Positions 61,103 through 64,000 of a stretch of DNA of 64,000 nucleotides are shown in pieces. Numbering within the stretch: position 1 is the stretch's first letter; each line of letters starts with the position of its first letter. Made by a program: the position numbers and the translations under genes. This DNA comes from an uncultured delta proteobacterium (GTDB lineage: Bacteria; Desulfobacterota; Desulfobacteria; Desulfobacterales; JAFDCJ01): positions 96,001 to 160,000 of the forward strand of contig CAVYNY010000008.1 of assembly GCA_963769935.1 (NCBI GenBank). Direction: 5' to 3'. Below the pieces are notes generated by a model. The model did not search any database, was not told the origin of the DNA, and worked only from the letters and a program-made list of their open reading frames with translations.

Positions 61103-61297
61103 ATCCCTGCTGTTTTGGCAGTAAAAAATTTAACCATAGACCGGCTTCACCGCAGAGAGCGCAAAGAGCGCAGAGAAGACAGTTTTAGTTTTTGCAGTTG
61201 CAAAATTAAAAACATACCACTGAAATTCGGTTTATAGTAATCTGTGCAATCTGCGTTCACCCGTGTCCCAAAAAAACAATTAAATTTGAGTCCTTAC

Positions 61298-62650
61298 TCA
61301 AGCCCCGTTGGAATCAGCAGCAAGCCTTTCTTCTCTGGAAACCAGTCGGTTGGCAAAATAAAAAAGAAAAACAAAAGATATCAGGTAGACACACGAGGTA
61401 GAAAGTGCAATGCCTTTCAACCCGATGAAGTGCATGAAAGCAATGTTTAATATCACGTTGACGAATAAATTAATGGCGGCACCCCACATGAGGATATGGT
61501 TGGCACGCAAAGACGAAATTAATCGAACGACCACAATGCTGGCCACGTAGAAAGGAATCTGAAACGCAAACATCGCTTGAACGGATGAAACCACTGCAGT
61601 GTCCTGGGATGTAAAGGAACCCCGCTGAAAAACAGCCTGGATAATGGTCTCTGAGATTCCAAAAATGAGGAGCGCCGCTGGAATTCCAAGTGCAAAAATT
61701 ATCCCTAAATAAAATTTGATGGTACTGCGAATATCTTTCCATTCCCGATCGGCAACCATTCTTGAAAAATAGGGCAATACCGCAGTACCGATGGCGGTTG
61801 TAGCCAAGGTCAATACGGCCGCGATAATTTTATTGCCATAGTTGAGTGAAGCGACGCTTCCGGGTGAGAGTGCCGCGGCCATGCCTTTATCCACGATTTC
61901 GGTGCTTCCCATAATAATCGTGCCGGCAACTACCGGCAGAAACTGTCCGATGATGACTCGCATGGACGGGTCGGAATCAAGGATACGAGGACGCAGTGAA
62001 AAGTTGTTCCGGATTACTGCAACTCCTATCAGTAAAGTTTCAAGACCAAAGCCCAGCAAAGTGCCGTAAACAAGGGCGTAAATACCAAGGGAGGTCCCGA
62101 CGGTGACGATCAATAAAATCGCCGACAAGGGACCTAAAATCTGAAGTGCGGTAGGCAGAGCAAACGATTCCAAAGAATTTAAGACGCCGGCACATATATT
62201 AGATAAACCTTTTAAAAAGATGATTGGTATCAGTAGATAGAGAATTACTTTGGTGAGATGCAACTTTTCGTCTGAAAATCCGGAACATAAGGCAGGAAGG
62301 TATTCAGGGGCGAGAATAAAGATCAGAATGGACAGGATAAAGCAGAGAGATAGAAACCAGCCGATGACATTGCTTAAAATTTTTTGGGCAGCAACTAAAC
62401 CCTGATGCTGATTAACCTGAATGAAGGTTGGAACGAAAGATGCCGACAGTGAACCGCCAATTATATTGACCGCGAAGGTCGGAACCAGCAATGCGATTAA
62501 AAAGGCATCTAAAGCATCGCCGGTTCCGAACCAGGCAGCGACCGTGAGTTCTTTGGCAAATCCGCCAATTTGAGCGAAAATGGTGAAAGTGCCGACAATG
62601 GTTGCAGCACCGAGTATCTTCTGTTTAATCGATTTTACGCTTTTCTCCAA
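61298..62650 (-). CDS. MurJ/MviN-family (MOP) flippase of the polysaccharide locus
   Basis: AWFGTGDALDAF, SFVPTF, VDKGMA..L..GSVASLNYG, VFQRGSF, GIALSTS. Confidence 0.85.
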   Translation of the reverse strand: MEKSVKSIKQKILGAATIVGTFTIFAQIGGFAKELTVAAWFGTGDALDAFLIALLVPTFAVNIIGGSLSASFVPTFIQVNQHQGLVAAQKILSNVIGWFLSLCFILSILIFILAPEYLPALCSGFSDEKLHLTKVILYLLIPIIFLKGLSNICAGVLNSLESFALPTALQILGPLSAILLIVTVGTSLGIYALVYGTLLGFGLETLLIGVAVIRNNFSLRPRILDSDPSMRVIIGQFLPVVAGTIIMGSTEIVDKGMAAALSPGSVASLNYGNKIIAAVLTLATTAIGTAVLPYFSRMVADREWKDIRSTIKFYLGIIFALGIPAALLIFGISETIIQAVFQRGSFTSQDTAVVSSVQAMFAFQIPFYVASIVVVRLISSLRANHILMWGAAINLFVNVILNIAFMHFIGLKGIALSTSCVYLISFVFLFYFANRLVSREERLAADSNGA

Positions 62651-62911
62651 TAAACAAAATTTTATTATGAGCGCGGCCGCTGGCCGCGAATACCCAGCCT
62701 TATGAGATAAAAACTCCCTAATTTGAAAGAAAAAGAGGAGCGGTTCAATCTTTTTTCCTATAACCGCCCGCTTCGCTCAAGGCGCCAAGGACGCAAAGTA
62801 AAATTACGTGATTAGATGACTGGCTGCGCCACTGACAACCCAACAAATGCTTGCCCAAAATTCATGCGATTATCAGCGCCTCAACCTTCGTTGCCCGTAG
62901 GGGATGAGCCC

Positions 62912-63009
62912 TTTGTTCGAATCGTAATACCAGCCAACGCTTTATCGGCTGATGTACCCGATTCGTACAAAAACCCTTCGCGATCTTCGCGCCTTAGCGG
63001 TTCAATCTT
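62912..63009 (+). repeat. ~100-bp structured repeat, copy 2
   Basis: Same as 53571-53668 with a few substitutions. Confidence 0.85.
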
Positions 63010-63044
63010 TTTCTTATTGAAAATGTAGTTCACACTAGAATGAT

Positions 63045-64000
63045 TCAATCAGCGGTTTGGACTAAACAATCATTACCTTCAATATCGAACCCTGTAATCA
63101 TGCCGGCAAAATACCATTTGAAATATTCTGTGCTCAAATCAGTGTGAAGACTGGAATATAGGAAAAAGAAGATTAAAGAAAGCGGATAAAAAAGAAAAAT
63201 CATCCGGTTATCGCCAGATAATTGTTTATAAACTGCGAAAGCTCTTTTAAAGATAAGTCCGAATAAAATTGCAAACACGCTAAACCCCACAATACCCGTT
63301 TCGGCTAACAATTCCAGAATAATATTGTGCGGATGAACAAAGTTTATACCCGGAGACTTTATCAGGATACGATATACCAAATCCTGCTCCCAAAACAGGA
63401 TTCTTTTTGAATTTACCAATTGCATTTTTCCATATTCGAAGCCTGATCAACAGAGTTATAAGCAGATGAATCATTTGATATTACATATCTTATTATATTT
63501 TTAGCCGTCTTCAAATGCCTTGATATATCTTGTCTTGAGGGATTTATTTAAATTGGGAAGCAGGACAAAGGAGGCTATTATTATAAAACACACTATAATT
63601 ATGGGATATATTTTATTCAGTTTGATGTGGGAATAGTAAAACAGATAAATAATAAACGAAATTAAAAAACCGAATAAGGCGGTCCGGGTCCCTGAATAAA
63701 ACCCAATTATAAAACAGCTAGATAAAAGAGCGAATACGCCTATTCTTACAATTATTTTCATCGATGAATCAAATTTAAATAAAACACACAGCGCAAAAAA
63801 ATAAAATAATGCACCTATTTGCGCATTGTTAATTTCATTAATATTATCATAAATTCGTTGATTTATTATCGGCCAGTACTGATAAAGCGTATAGATTAAA
63901 AACCCAACTATAAATACAACCCATATCGAATTAAACCGCTTGGACCTTGCGATCGACATATTTGACATGGTTCCCAGAGCAAAACCAAAGAGACAATAAC
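63045..64000 (-). CDS. O-antigen polymerase/ligase (Wzy_C), AT-rich, frameshifted, starts beyond the window end
   Basis: Pieces SGTRTA (63501..63968), RLRIWKNA..NPVLGAGFG (63280..63474) and HPHNIILELLAETGIVG (63045..63425). Confidence 0.8.

Overview
Bacterial chromosomal segment, most likely from an anaerobic Desulfobacterota (Desulfobacterales-like) genome. That placement is inferred from gene content, a UGA-containing redoxin and the intergenic repeat families. Several genes carry 1-nt indels that look like assembly or consensus errors. 1-22.5 kb is an acyl-CoA/fatty-acid degradation region: three acyl-CoA dehydrogenases, two 3-hydroxyacyl-CoA dehydrogenases, MaoC, TetR, Fe-ADH, a LIV-type ABC importer with an embedded acyl-CoA ligase, a carboxyltransferase and an NMO/FabK-like flavoenzyme. 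22.5-33 kb is mixed: pgk, amidohydrolase, orphan m4C methyltransferase, M48 protease, a probable Sec-containing DsbA/FrnE preceded by a candidate sRNA, PilZ, and an acyltransferase-hydrolase fusion. 33-45.6 kb is housekeeping: mnmA, mtaB, cyclophilin, tRNA-Leu(CAG), ribF, def, fmt, rsmB, PASTA protein, rpe. 45.9-64 kb is mostly a minus-strand surface-polysaccharide locus. The most striking unexplained signal is non-coding. Many intergenic spaces are stacked mosaics of 7-9-nt-period repeat arms and palindromic miniature elements in inverted pairs, often nested, sometimes supplying stop codons or C-termini to host genes. They occur alongside small nuclease or toxin-antitoxin genes and their debris: a DUF559 gene framed by REP-like palindromes, a MazF half-gene, an antitoxin with a probable deleted toxin, and a PIN/UPF0175 pair inside a 613-bp direct duplication. 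I found no transposase, integrase or CRISPR array.
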